NCBI GenBank assembly: GCA_041550235.1
Contig: JBFEPE010000001.1
Coordinates: forward strand, 8,003 to 72,002
Length of the DNA stretch: 64,000 nucleotides
Reading direction: 5' to 3'
Origin: Minisyncoccia bacterium
GTDB taxonomy: Bacteria; Patescibacteriota; Minisyncoccia; UBA6257; JAAZHW01
The notes under the pieces are model-generated. The model worked only from the letters and a program-made list of their open reading frames with translations, ran no database searches and was not told the DNA's origin. Shown piece by piece: positions 48,282-57,305 of the stretch; the first letter of the stretch is position 1; each line of letters starts with the position of its first letter. The position numbers were made by a program, and so were the translations under genes.

Positions 48282-48371
48282 AAAAATATGTTAAAATATA
48301 TAAATATTTAGAGGGCAAAAGCCCCTGCTCTATTTGTGTCGAGATGGGGCTTTTATTATTAAATTAAAAAT
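48282..48371 (+). repeat. Copy 2 of the direct repeat plus hairpin cassette
   Basis: aaaaatatgttaaaatatataaatatttagagggcaaaagcccctgctct; perfect stem aaaagcccc/ggggctttt, then attattaaattaaaaatATG. Confidence 0.75.
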
Positions 48372-48677
48372 ATGAATTATTATAATTTAGAAAACAGAAA
48401 AATATTGGGTGGCATTCTTGTTGTTATCTCATTAGTAATCTTTTTCTCAATTATTGGTGGAAATAATAATATAGCATCCAATCAAATTAAAAATGACAAT
48501 CAATTTAGAAGTGAATTAAAAAATTGTTTAGAAAAGGTAGATGAAATATACAATACAGCAAAATTAATGAGATCGTCAATTTATGAGCAATACAATTTTT
48601 CTAAGAAAGAGAAGGATGAATATGTAAGGATAATGGAAGAATCAAGGCAAAAAGATGTGGGGCAATGTTATGAATAA
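48372..48677 (+). CDS. Small membrane-anchored hypothetical protein (101 aa)
   Basis: N-terminal TM ILGGILVVISLVIFFSIIGG. Confidence 0.4.
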   Translation: MNYYNLENRKILGGILVVISLVIFFSIIGGNNNIASNQIKNDNQFRSELKNCLEKVDEIYNTAKLMRSSIYEQYNFSKKEKDEYVRIMEESRQKDVGQCYE

Positions 48678-48701
48678 TATGAATTATTATATCAAAACAA
48701 T

Positions 48702-48932
48702 TTGGGGGCAGTAATAATCTTGACTTTAATCATACCCTTATATATACTTTGGTATATGAATACAAATACTAAAAATAAAACCATTCTAAATATAAAAACG
48801 GATAAGGGGTTAAAAGGGCCATCAAAAATGCTAAAAGAGATTATTAAAAAAGCCAATGAAGATTATAAAAAGGGGGATGTTTTTGGTCCTTTTGATAATG
48901 TCAAAGATCTTGTTAAAAGTTTAGAATCGTAA
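48702..48932 (+). CDS. Small membrane hypothetical protein (76 aa)
   Basis: N-terminal TM. No family recognised. Confidence 0.3.
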   Translation: MGAVIILTLIIPLYILWYMNTNTKNKTILNIKTDKGLKGPSKMLKEIIKKANEDYKKGDVFGPFDNVKDLVKSLES

Positions 48933-49040
48933 TTTTATGAGTTTTTTGAATAAAATTTTGTTTTAAGTGGCTTGATTTATGGGATATATAATATAATATA
49001 AGAACACTCATAGTGTTATGAGGTTTGTTATAATTAGAAA

Positions 49041-50615
49041 ATGGATGCAGATATAAATTACCTAAAAATTGGTAAGGCAAGCGAAATAAAAAACAGGAAA
49101 GATAGGCGAATCTTTCGTTTTTTTGAGATATTGCCGGGGGCACTATCATGGCTCACTCTAATCCTTATATTCATTATTTCTTGGCTCTACCCAATATGGG
49201 CAGTTGTTTTTGTTGTCTTATTTGATACATATTGGTTTTTTAAAACATTATTTTTTACAATCCATGCCGTTCATACATTCAAAATTTTAAGAAAAAGTTT
49301 AAAAACAGATTGGTTGATAGAGTTAAAAAATCTGCCAAAAGAAAAGTATAATTCACAAGGGATATCTTCTTGGGAGGATATATATCACCTTATTATATTC
49401 CCAATGGTTATTGAGGAATATGAAGTTGTGCGAGAAACATTTTTGGCGATAGAAAAATCAAATTATCCATTGGAAAAATTAATAGTTGTTCTCGCTTATG
49501 AGGAGAGAAAAGAAAATCATGGAAAAGAAGTGGTAGAAAAGATAAAAGATGAGTTTGGTAATAAATTCTTCAAATTATTAATAACAAAACATCCTGATGG
49601 AATAGAGGGGGAATTAGCAGGCAAGGGGGCCAATGAGACATGGGCGGCAAGAAGAGCCAAGGAAGAGATAATTGATGAGTTGAAAATACCATATGAAAGG
49701 GTTGTTGTATCCTCATTTGATGTTGATACTGCAATTTCTCCAAACTATTTCGCCTGTCTTTCATATAGATATCTCACTGCAAAAAATCCTCTTCGCTCAA
49801 GCTTTCAGCCAATCCCATTTTTTACAAATAATATTTGGCAAGCCCCAGCATTAGCAAGGGTTATTTCTTTTTCTGCAACATTTTTTCAATTCATTCAGCA
49901 ATCTAGACCAGAAAAAATGACTACTTTTTCTTCACATTCTATGCCCTTTGCATCTTTGGTAGAAATAGATTTTTGGCAGACAAATGTAGTGAGCGAAGAT
50001 TCCCGAATTTTTTGGCAATTTTATCTTTTTTATAATGGAGATTGGGAGGTAGTCCCTCTTTTCTACCCGGTTAATATGGATGCGAATGTTGATAGAACAT
50101 TTTGGGGAACAATGGTGAATCAATATAAGCAACAAAGGAGGTGGGGATATGGTGCTCATGATTTGGCATATATATTTTTTGGATTTACAAAGAACAAGAA
50201 AATTTCTTTAAAAGATAAGTTGTCTTGGGGTTTTGTGGCATTAGAAGGATTCTACTCATGGGCGACGAGTGCCTTGATTATTTTTCTTTTAGGTTGGTTG
50301 CCTAATATTTTAGGTGGAGCAAGATTCAGCACCACGATTATTTCATTCAATCTACCAAAAATAACTAGTTATATAATGACTGCTGCTACGGTTGGTTTAA
50401 TTATTATGGCAATATTAAGTTTTTGGTTTTTGCCACCTCGTCCTCCAAGATTTGGAAAATTTAGATATGTTTGGATGGTTCTTCAGTGGATATTTGTTCC
50501 TGTGGCGATGATTGTTTTTGGTTGTATTCCGGCACTGGAAGCTCAAACAAGATTAATATTTGGAAAATATATGGGATTTTGGCCCACCCCAAAGCATAGG
50601 CAAGCGGACGAATAG
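49041..50615 (+). CDS. Processive family-2 glycosyltransferase (cellulose/chitin-synthase-like) integral membrane protein
   Basis: DxD (SSFDVDT), SEDSRIF and QQRRWGYG (QxxRW). Multiple TM helices at both ends. Confidence 0.75.
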   Translation: MDADINYLKIGKASEIKNRKDRRIFRFFEILPGALSWLTLILIFIISWLYPIWAVVFVVLFDTYWFFKTLFFTIHAVHTFKILRKSLKTDWLIELKNLPKEKYNSQGISSWEDIYHLIIFPMVIEEYEVVRETFLAIEKSNYPLEKLIVVLAYEERKENHGKEVVEKIKDEFGNKFFKLLITKHPDGIEGELAGKGANETWAARRAKEEIIDELKIPYERVVVSSFDVDTAISPNYFACLSYRYLTAKNPLRSSFQPIPFFTNNIWQAPALARVISFSATFFQFIQQSRPEKMTTFSSHSMPFASLVEIDFWQTNVVSEDSRIFWQFYLFYNGDWEVVPLFYPVNMDANVDRTFWGTMVNQYKQQRRWGYGAHDLAYIFFGFTKNKKISLKDKLSWGFVALEGFYSWATSALIIFLLGWLPNILGGARFSTTIISFNLPKITSYIMTAATVGLIIMAILSFWFLPPRPPRFGKFRYVWMVLQWIFVPVAMIVFGCIPALEAQTRLIFGKYMGFWPTPKHRQADE

Positions 50616-50779
50616 TCTTGGAATAGATACTCAAAATCTTTTGTTGAAGAGAATCGCCCAAAATTTAATATTTGGTATCGGAAGTCTAATAAAAAAATCA
50701 AAAATCCCCTAAATTATCAGAGGATCTTTGATTGGTTTAAGTGGGGCATTTGCTGTCAATAGCAAGTCTTGTTTAACGA

Positions 50780-51226
50780 TTATGGGTAGGGCTTGATAAT
50801 GAGGCAACGATTTTCTTTTTCGCCCTCGCTTTCGGTAATGATATTAGGATTTATTGATAAGCCATTATGAATAATCATTCTCTCATAGGAATTAAGACCG
50901 GGAAGTCGGACTGGCTTCTTTGTTACTAAAACTCTGTGAGCCGCTTCTTTGGCTGCTTGAATGAGTTTCTCTTCTTGTATTTTTTTATAATTATTAACAT
51001 CTAATGAAGCCCTCTTTGAGGGGTCGTCCATTATTTTTCTCACTAAAAGATTGAAAATATATTCAAGGTCTTTCAAATTTGCTCCTTCTTTTCCAATGAG
51101 CCAGCCAGCATAATCAACTTTTATATTTGCCTTTATTGAGTCATCAGATTCCCATATTTTTATCTCTGCATTTTCAACTGAAAGATATTTAAGAATTTTT
51201 TCAATTATATTTTTTATTTCTTCCAT
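50780..51226 (-). CDS. jag: Jag/KhpB-like RNA-binding protein (KH + R3H)
   Basis: KH: VDYAGWLIGKEGANLKDLEYIF. R3H: VRLPGLNSYERMIIHNGL. Synteny with yidC. Confidence 0.75.
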   Translation of the reverse strand: MEEIKNIIEKILKYLSVENAEIKIWESDDSIKANIKVDYAGWLIGKEGANLKDLEYIFNLLVRKIMDDPSKRASLDVNNYKKIQEEKLIQAAKEAAHRVLVTKKPVRLPGLNSYERMIIHNGLSINPNIITESEGEKENRCLIIKPYP

Positions 51227-51378
51227 TATAAATAGGTTAATCTATTTATAGTTTTTTGTAAAGAGCGAAGGGGCATTATTCTTGAATTAATTTCAGGAGT
51301 GAAAAAATGTTTTATTGCTTAATAACTAAAAAAATTAGCACTAACACAAATGCTTCTTGCATTCTTGTTAATGCCATA

Positions 51379-52023
51379 TTATTGGTATTTCTTAATTTCC
51401 TCAATACATCTAAATACTCCATTTGGAATATCTTGTTTAGATATATCACCTTTTTCAGCATAGTTAATTAATCTTTCTATTTTAGCAATAGATCGATAGG
51501 CAAACTCTCTTTTAGGACGATCGATTAAATCCAATAGGGATCCTTCGGGCGGACAACAAATTAGTTCAATTTTAGGATATTGTTTTTGAAAAGTAGCCAC
51601 ACATCTTCTCATATGACTTGGCTTTGCCACTAAAATCAGACACTTATGATTGATTTCATACTCATCTAATTTTTTAATACCAAATTTAACATTTTCTAAA
51701 GTATTAGTTGCCTCCGCTTCTTTAATAATAGCACTTTCAGGAACTTTGTTTTTAATTAAAAAATTAGATATAATTTCAGCCTCGGAAATCAAATTACCTT
51801 CTGAAAAATTATTAGACCCAATACCGCCGCTAATTAAAATATGTGGGGCATATCCTCTTTGATATAATTCCAATACCCTGCTATGAACCAGTGGCAATTT
51901 TACACTCCCAAATACAAAAATAACATCCGCTTTTTTTGGTTTATTTCTTATAACCAAAAAATTCTGGATCGGCTCTAATAATTTTTCAAATTCTTTTTCA
52001 GATAAATCTTTTATCGCCTTCAC
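51379..52023 (-). CDS. DUF218/YdcF(SanA)-like protein
   Basis: ADVIFVFGSVKL...ISGGIGS...ESAIIKEAEATNTLENV. Confidence 0.6.
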   Translation of the reverse strand: MKAIKDLSEKEFEKLLEPIQNFLVIRNKPKKADVIFVFGSVKLPLVHSRVLELYQRGYAPHILISGGIGSNNFSEGNLISEAEIISNFLIKNKVPESAIIKEAEATNTLENVKFGIKKLDEYEINHKCLILVAKPSHMRRCVATFQKQYPKIELICCPPEGSLLDLIDRPKREFAYRSIAKIERLINYAEKGDISKQDIPNGVFRCIEEIKKYQ

Positions 52024-52299
52024 TTCATCCTCCTATCAATTAAAAATTTTAAATAAATTCTTTATTCTATATGACTTTACCATTTTATCTATATTTTATA
52101 TTGAATAAAAATTTATAATTGTCAAATCATAATTATTATCTAATACAAAATCATCTTGGAATAACCCTCTTCCCTTATATTTTAAGTTAATTAACCCGCA
52201 AATTAATTCTTTGGTTTTTAAATAAAAAATTGATTATCACCCCTTAAAAAATTCTTATTTTAAGGGGCGATAATCTTAAGAGATAAGCCTAATTCCATT

Positions 52300-52497
52300 T
52301 CAGATATATTTCTTAATCAGACGACCTTTTTTCTCCCTACTTTTTACAAAGTAAAGATGTATTCCCATGATTGTCAGTAAGATGACAAGATAGCCCAGTG
52401 AATAAATTGGGACATTAGCTTGAGCTGTTATCGGTGCTGTTATTACAAAAACAATCAAAAGTATAAGATAAGTCATTATTTGTTCCTCCAATATCAT
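52300..52497 (-). CDS. Small membrane hypothetical protein (65 aa)
   Basis: Single long hydrophobic segment. Weak. Confidence 0.25.
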   Translation of the reverse strand: MILEEQIMTYLILLIVFVITAPITAQANVPIYSLGYLVILLTIMGIHLYFVKSREKKGRLIKKYI

Positions 52498-52610
52498 TTT
52501 TTTAACTCCGTTACTTCTAAATACAGACTATCACAAATATATTCATTTGTCAAATATAAGATTTGTTGAAAATAGAAAAAATTATTTTTTGTTCTTAATT
52601 AAATATTAAG

Positions 52611-53345
52611 TTAAACTTCTTTCTTATCCTCATCTATATTTATATTCTTTTGGACGAGCCATTGTTGGAATATGGAGAATAGAGTTGATACTGACCAATA
52701 GACTGCCAATATAGAAGGGAGTCGGACAAGAATAACAAATGTTATGAGCGGGGCAATCAGGCCTATATTTTTTTGTAGCGAGGCAGTTATTCTTTGCATC
52801 GGAACTTGTGGTTCGTCTTTTGATGATTTATTTGGAGATGGTGGGATTAGCATCTTTGATGAGATAAATTGAATAATGGCAGTTATTATTGCCAACCAAA
52901 TATTTGGTTGAGACAAATCTATAATCCCCAAAAAATAGATATTAACAACATCTGGCTGAGTGATGAAATTATATAGTGTAGCCATTCTTTCATCAGAAAA
53001 TCCATTTAAGAAAACACGATAGACGGCTAATAATATTGGCAATTGAAGTAGTGTTATGAGGCAACTTCCAAATGGACTGGCTCCATATTTTTTATATAAT
53101 TCCATTTGTGCCTTAACTAATTTTTCTTTATTGTCTTTATATTCTTTTTGTAATTTTGCTAATTCTGGCTGGATTTTGCTCATCAGAATTTGTTGCTTTG
53201 TGCTTTTCTGAAATAGGGGATACAAAATAGCCCGAATAATAACGGTAAGAATAATTGTCGCCACTCCAATATCAGGGATAATATTATAGATAAATATTAG
53301 GGCATTAAACAATGGTTGAACTAAAAATGCATCAAATGGATTCAT
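52611..53345 (-). CDS. yidC: Membrane protein insertase YidC (short, 244 aa)
   Basis: Five TM core. ILYPLFQKSTKQQILMSKIQPELAKLQKEYK. Synteny with yidD and rnpA. Confidence 0.85.
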   Translation of the reverse strand: MNPFDAFLVQPLFNALIFIYNIIPDIGVATIILTVIIRAILYPLFQKSTKQQILMSKIQPELAKLQKEYKDNKEKLVKAQMELYKKYGASPFGSCLITLLQLPILLAVYRVFLNGFSDERMATLYNFITQPDVVNIYFLGIIDLSQPNIWLAIITAIIQFISSKMLIPPSPNKSSKDEPQVPMQRITASLQKNIGLIAPLITFVILVRLPSILAVYWSVSTLFSIFQQWLVQKNINIDEDKKEV

Positions 53346-53349
53346 ATTT

Positions 53350-53580
53350 TTAATTATTTATATTATTAGAAAATGGGTGGCATTTTGCAATTCTCTTCAT
53401 TGCTAATTTTCCTCCCCTTAAAAAACCTTTTTCTTGGATATTTCTTGCCGCAAATTCTGAACAGGTTTCATTAAATCTACAAGGAATATTAACTAACCAA
53501 ATATTACGAAATACTCCTTTTTGAGGAGATAAGAATAATTGATATATTTTTATTAGAAATAAAAAAAAGTTTTTAATCAT
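53350..53580 (-). CDS. yidD: Membrane protein insertion efficiency factor YidD
   Basis: KIYQLFLSP...CRFNETCSEFAARNIQEKGFLRGGKLAMKRIAKCHPF. Confidence 0.8.
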   Translation of the reverse strand: MIKNFFLFLIKIYQLFLSPQKGVFRNIWLVNIPCRFNETCSEFAARNIQEKGFLRGGKLAMKRIAKCHPFSNNINN

Positions 53581-53915
53581 ATAAGGTTAGATTTCTTTAA
53601 TAGCAATTCAACTGCTTTCTTAACTTCTGAAAAATCTTTTTCCAAGATTTCTTTTTTAGGGAAGAAAATTATATCGTAGCCAGATAGATTTTTTAATAAT
53701 GGTCGGATTATCTCAAGAATTCTTCTTCTTGCTTTATTTCTCGTTACTGCCTTTTTAGATGTTTTCTTACTTATTATAACTGATATTCTTGTATGATCTA
53801 ATTGATTTGGAATATATTTAATATCTAATCCAGCGACTCTGTTAAATTCGCCTTTTTCTGATATTTTTTCAAAATCTCTTTGTAGTTTCAAGCGAAATTT
53901 TTTTGCCAAAGCCAT
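53577..53915 (-). CDS. rnpA: RNase P protein component
   Basis: LKLQRDFEKISEKG...ISVIISKKTSKKAVTRNKARRRILEI contains the RNR motif. Overlaps yidD by 4 nt. Confidence 0.85.
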   Translation of the reverse strand: MALAKKFRLKLQRDFEKISEKGEFNRVAGLDIKYIPNQLDHTRISVIISKKTSKKAVTRNKARRRILEIIRPLLKNLSGYDIIFFPKKEILEKDFSEVKKAVELLLKKSNLI

Positions 53916-54019
53916 ATTTTTATTTTTTTGTTTTTCTATACTTGGGGCGGAGTGATTTATAGCAGGGATACAATCTCAAAAAAATCAAAATTTTGAATAT
54001 CTAAAAAGTATTTGTGCTA

Positions 54020-54052
54020 CCCCCCCCGCCTCTGGCGGGGGGGGTAGCATGA
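54020..54052. repeat. GC-hairpin repeat (tgctaccccccccgcctctggcggggggggtagca)
   Basis: Near-perfect palindrome. Confidence 0.75.
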
Positions 54053-54402
54053 CGGTATTCATACTATTTATACAGTGAGTTGTTTTCTGCCCTTCCTTCG
54101 CCTTCTCTTTAAGACATTTTGCCCATAATTATTTTGGCTTCTTTTCCTAAATCCATGGGTTCTTTTCCTTTTTTTATTTTTTGGCTGGTATGGTCTTTTC
54201 ATATTATTTGATAATTTATTATTTTTATTATTGCCATTCTATCATTTTATTTTATTTTTAGCAATGCGAGTCTTGTCCAAGGCAATTATTAAATTTGACA
54301 AGTTTTGATATACATTATATTATCAAAGTGGTTTTACAATGTCGGCAAATGATTTAAAAATTTAAAAAAATATGAGTGATGAAAAAATAAAGGAGGTGTA
54401 AT

Positions 54403-54693
54403 ATGGCTGATGTAACAGGTGGTATAGTTTTTAGGAAAGAAGGAATATCTGCTTGGCAACCCGATGGTAATATTCTTTCTGGAGGATCTTATCCTCGCCT
54501 TTCGCTGTCAGAAATTCTTATAGAGATTATAGATGGAACGGGTGAATATGCTCTTAGAAAGATTATTGAATCTGACGAGGGCAGGGTATTTTTAAGGAAA
54601 TTAGGATATGATCTTGTTTTTGAGGATGATGATAGTCCCCAAGATGATTATGATATTGATAGAGAAGCAGAAATTGATGCTTGTTATAGATAA
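54403..54693 (+). CDS. Hypothetical small acidic protein (96 aa)
   Basis: Strong SD aaggaggtgtaatATG. Terminator-like hairpin at about 54700-54750. Confidence 0.5.
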   Translation: MADVTGGIVFRKEGISAWQPDGNILSGGSYPRLSLSEILIEIIDGTGEYALRKIIESDEGRVFLRKLGYDLVFEDDDSPQDDYDIDREAEIDACYR

Positions 54694-54769
54694 AAGTGTT
54701 GATTAAGCAAAAGGGGCGGTTGGATCAATCCAGCCGTCTTTTTTTAGGAAACTATGGGTGACGGGAGGC

Positions 54770-54845
54770 AGAGATTCCCCGCCATAGGCGGGCAGGCCGC
54801 CGGAGTATTATCCGCCTCAGGCGGACGGGAATGACAGGGGAGATA
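54770..54845. repeat. GC-hairpin repeats
   Basis: ccccgccataggcgggcaggccgccggagtattatccgcctcaggcggacggg. Confidence 0.7.
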
Positions 54846-55079
54846 ATTTTTCTATTTCGTAATTCAAGGTTTATCGTGAAATAAATCCCCAATAATATTA
54901 TTTGACAATTATTTTTTTAGTAGTAATATAGAAAAGTGTTTAGTAGAAAGGCGAAACAATCTATGAGTTGATATAGAGTGGTATTAATATCATCTCTCTT
55001 GCTGATTTTGTCGGCGAAAAGGGATGTAAATCAGTCGTTTTATTAATCTTTTATTTTTAAATAAAATAATAAAAATCTT

Positions 55080-55955
55080 ATGATTTTACCAAAAAAACCA
55101 AAAGTTGTTGAAGAAAAAGACAACTTCGCAATATTTGAAATAGAGGGATTATATCCCGGATATGGTCTCACATTAGGCAATGCATTAAGAAGAGTGCTCT
55201 TATCCTCATTGGAAGGTGCAGCCATCACAAGTGTTCAAATCAAGGGAGTGAGCCATGAATTTTCCACTATTGATGGAGTGATGGAGGATGTTGTTCAAAT
55301 CATTCTCAATCTAAAAAAGATTAGAGTCTCTCTTTTTTCTAACGAACCACAAAAAATAACATTATCCGCTAAGGGCGAAAAAGTTATTACAGCAAAAGAT
55401 ATAAAAGAAAACTCCAATGTAGAAATTTTAAATAAGGATGCTCATATTGCCACATTATCAAGTAAAAAATCATCATTGGAAATGACAATGGTTGTAGAAA
55501 GAGGATTAGGATATTCTCCTTCTGGGACAAGAAGCGAGGAGAAATTATCAGTTGGGAACATTAGTTTGGATGCCCTTTTCTCTCCGGTTATGAAGGTAAA
55601 TTATGAAGTGAAAGATATGAGGGTAGGCGATAGAACTGATTATAATAAATTAAGATTATATATTGAAACTGATGGATCTCTCACTCCAAAATTAGCTCTA
55701 AAAAAGTCAGTTAATATTTTATTGGGTCATTTGAAGGTGGTAGGCGATTTAGGAATTGATGATGATGGAGAATTATCTTCTCCTGATGATGAAGACAAAA
55801 ACAAGGATGAGGAAAATGAGACAAAGAGGCATGACTTTTTGATTTATGATGGCGAGGAACCAGCAGGTGAAGGCAGGGGTTCTGACGATGATTATTTTCC
55901 AGCCAAGGAAAAAGAATCATCAAAAAAGAGTAAGGGCAAGAGTAAGAAAAAATAA
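55080..55955 (+). CDS. rpoA: DNA-directed RNA polymerase alpha subunit, lacking a recognisable C-terminal domain
   Basis: N-terminal domain motifs (FEIEGLYPGYGLTLGNALRRVLLSS...). 291 aa. The last ~65 aa are an acidic/Lys-rich low-complexity tail with no helix-hairpin-helix alpha-CTD. Confidence 0.8.
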   Translation: MILPKKPKVVEEKDNFAIFEIEGLYPGYGLTLGNALRRVLLSSLEGAAITSVQIKGVSHEFSTIDGVMEDVVQIILNLKKIRVSLFSNEPQKITLSAKGEKVITAKDIKENSNVEILNKDAHIATLSSKKSSLEMTMVVERGLGYSPSGTRSEEKLSVGNISLDALFSPVMKVNYEVKDMRVGDRTDYNKLRLYIETDGSLTPKLALKKSVNILLGHLKVVGDLGIDDDGELSSPDDEDKNKDEENETKRHDFLIYDGEEPAGEGRGSDDDYFPAKEKESSKKSKGKSKKK

Positions 55956-55964
55956 TCAAATATT

Positions 55965-56318
55965 ATGAAAAATTTAAAGACTGGACGAAAATTTAATAGA
56001 AAAAAAGGACAAAGAAGATCATTCTTAAGGCAGATGATGGCTAACTTGATATTGAATAAGAGAATAGAGACAACGGAGGCAAGGGCAAAAGAAATAAGAC
56101 AGAAATTAGAGAAAGAAATCACTCTTGCAAAAAAACAAAATTTAGCAAGTTTGAGATTATTAATAAGTCGATTAGGGGAGAAGCCGGCATTTGAACTTCA
56201 AAAGAATGTTGCTCCTAAGTTTGAGAATAGAAATGGCGGTTATTTGAGAATTATAAAAAGTCCTGTTTTGACAAAAAGAGATGGAAGCAAAAAGGCCGTT
56301 ATTGAGTTCGTTGAGTAG
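55965..56318 (+). CDS. rplQ: 50S ribosomal protein L17
   Basis: KTGRKFNRKKGQRRSFLRQMMANLI...GGYLRIIK. Confidence 0.9.
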   Translation: MKNLKTGRKFNRKKGQRRSFLRQMMANLILNKRIETTEARAKEIRQKLEKEITLAKKQNLASLRLLISRLGEKPAFELQKNVAPKFENRNGGYLRIIKSPVLTKRDGSKKAVIEFVE

Positions 56319-56358
56319 TACCCGCCTTCGTCAAGACTTCGGCGGGCGAAGAAAAAAT

Positions 56359-56709
56359 ATGAGGGAGATAAAGATTGATGCAGAAAATAAAATAATTGGG
56401 AGATTGGCAACAAGGATTGCTGTTCTTTTGTGTGGCAAGGATTTGCCATCATACAACCCAAGATTAGAAGGAGATACGAAGGTTATTATTGAAAATATAA
56501 AGAAGGCAAAATTTTCTGGAAATAAATTTGAAAAAAAATTATATAGAAGACATACTGGATACATTGGTCATTTAAAAGAATTCACGGCTAAACAAGTTTT
56601 TGAAAAAGATCCAAGAGTATTATTGCAAAAAGCAGTAATGGGGATGTTGCCTAAAAATAAGTTGAGGGCGAGGAGAATAAAAAATTTAGTTTTTTTGAAG
56701 TCAAATTAA
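56359..56709 (+). CDS. rplM: 50S ribosomal protein L13 (listed ORF begins 56281; ATG at 56359)
   Basis: MREIKIDAENKIIGRLATRIAVLL. Preceded by hairpin ...cttcggcgggcgaagaaaaaatATG. Confidence 0.9.
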   Translation: MREIKIDAENKIIGRLATRIAVLLCGKDLPSYNPRLEGDTKVIIENIKKAKFSGNKFEKKLYRRHTGYIGHLKEFTAKQVFEKDPRVLLQKAVMGMLPKNKLRARRIKNLVFLKSN

Positions 56710-56783
56710 GAAACCCGCCTTCGTCAACCCACCTTCGCTAAAGCTACGGCAGGGCAGGGGACTTCGGCGGGCGAAGAAAAAAT

Positions 56784-57251
56784 ATGGAAAAAAAATCTAC
56801 ATCTACAAAAAAAACTGATACTACAAAAAAAGTTGTTAAAAAAAGTGGGTCAGTGGCAAAAAAAGAAAAATACTATGAGGCGGTAGGAAGAAGGAAAACT
56901 TCTACGGCGAGGGTTCGTTTATTTACAAAAAAGAAGGGATTTACAATAAATGATAAGGAGTATAAGGAATATTTTCCAATTCTTAGGCTTCAGAAAAAAG
57001 TCAATATTCCTTTTGATAAGATGAATATTGAGGATAAGTTTGGTGTCTCTGTTAAGGTTGTCGGGGGAGGAATTAATTCCCAATCCGATGCTATTAAGTT
57101 GGGAATTAGTAGGGCATTAGTAAAATTTAACCAGGATTTTAAGAAAAGACTTCGACGGGTTGGGCTTCTCACTCGTGATGCAAGGGAGGTGGAGAGAAAG
57201 AAGCCAGGGCTTCGCAAGGCCCGAACTGCCCATCAATGGAGTAAGAGGTAG
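56784..57251 (+). CDS. rpsI: 30S ribosomal protein S9 with Lys-rich N-terminal extension
   Basis: C-terminal GLLTRDAREVERKKPGLRKARTAHQWSKR. Confidence 0.9.
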   Translation: MEKKSTSTKKTDTTKKVVKKSGSVAKKEKYYEAVGRRKTSTARVRLFTKKKGFTINDKEYKEYFPILRLQKKVNIPFDKMNIEDKFGVSVKVVGGGINSQSDAIKLGISRALVKFNQDFKKRLRRVGLLTRDAREVERKKPGLRKARTAHQWSKR

Positions 57252-57305
57252 TTTAATAAAAAAGGTCTTATTTATATAATTTTTCTATAATAATATAATA
57301 AAAAT

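Noticed and set aside
53916-54100. Looked for rpmH (L34) upstream of rnpA on the minus strand
   Set aside because: No ORF encoding the conserved MKRTFQPS... peptide is present. The region holds a GC-hairpin repeat and A/T-rich promoter-like sequence only.
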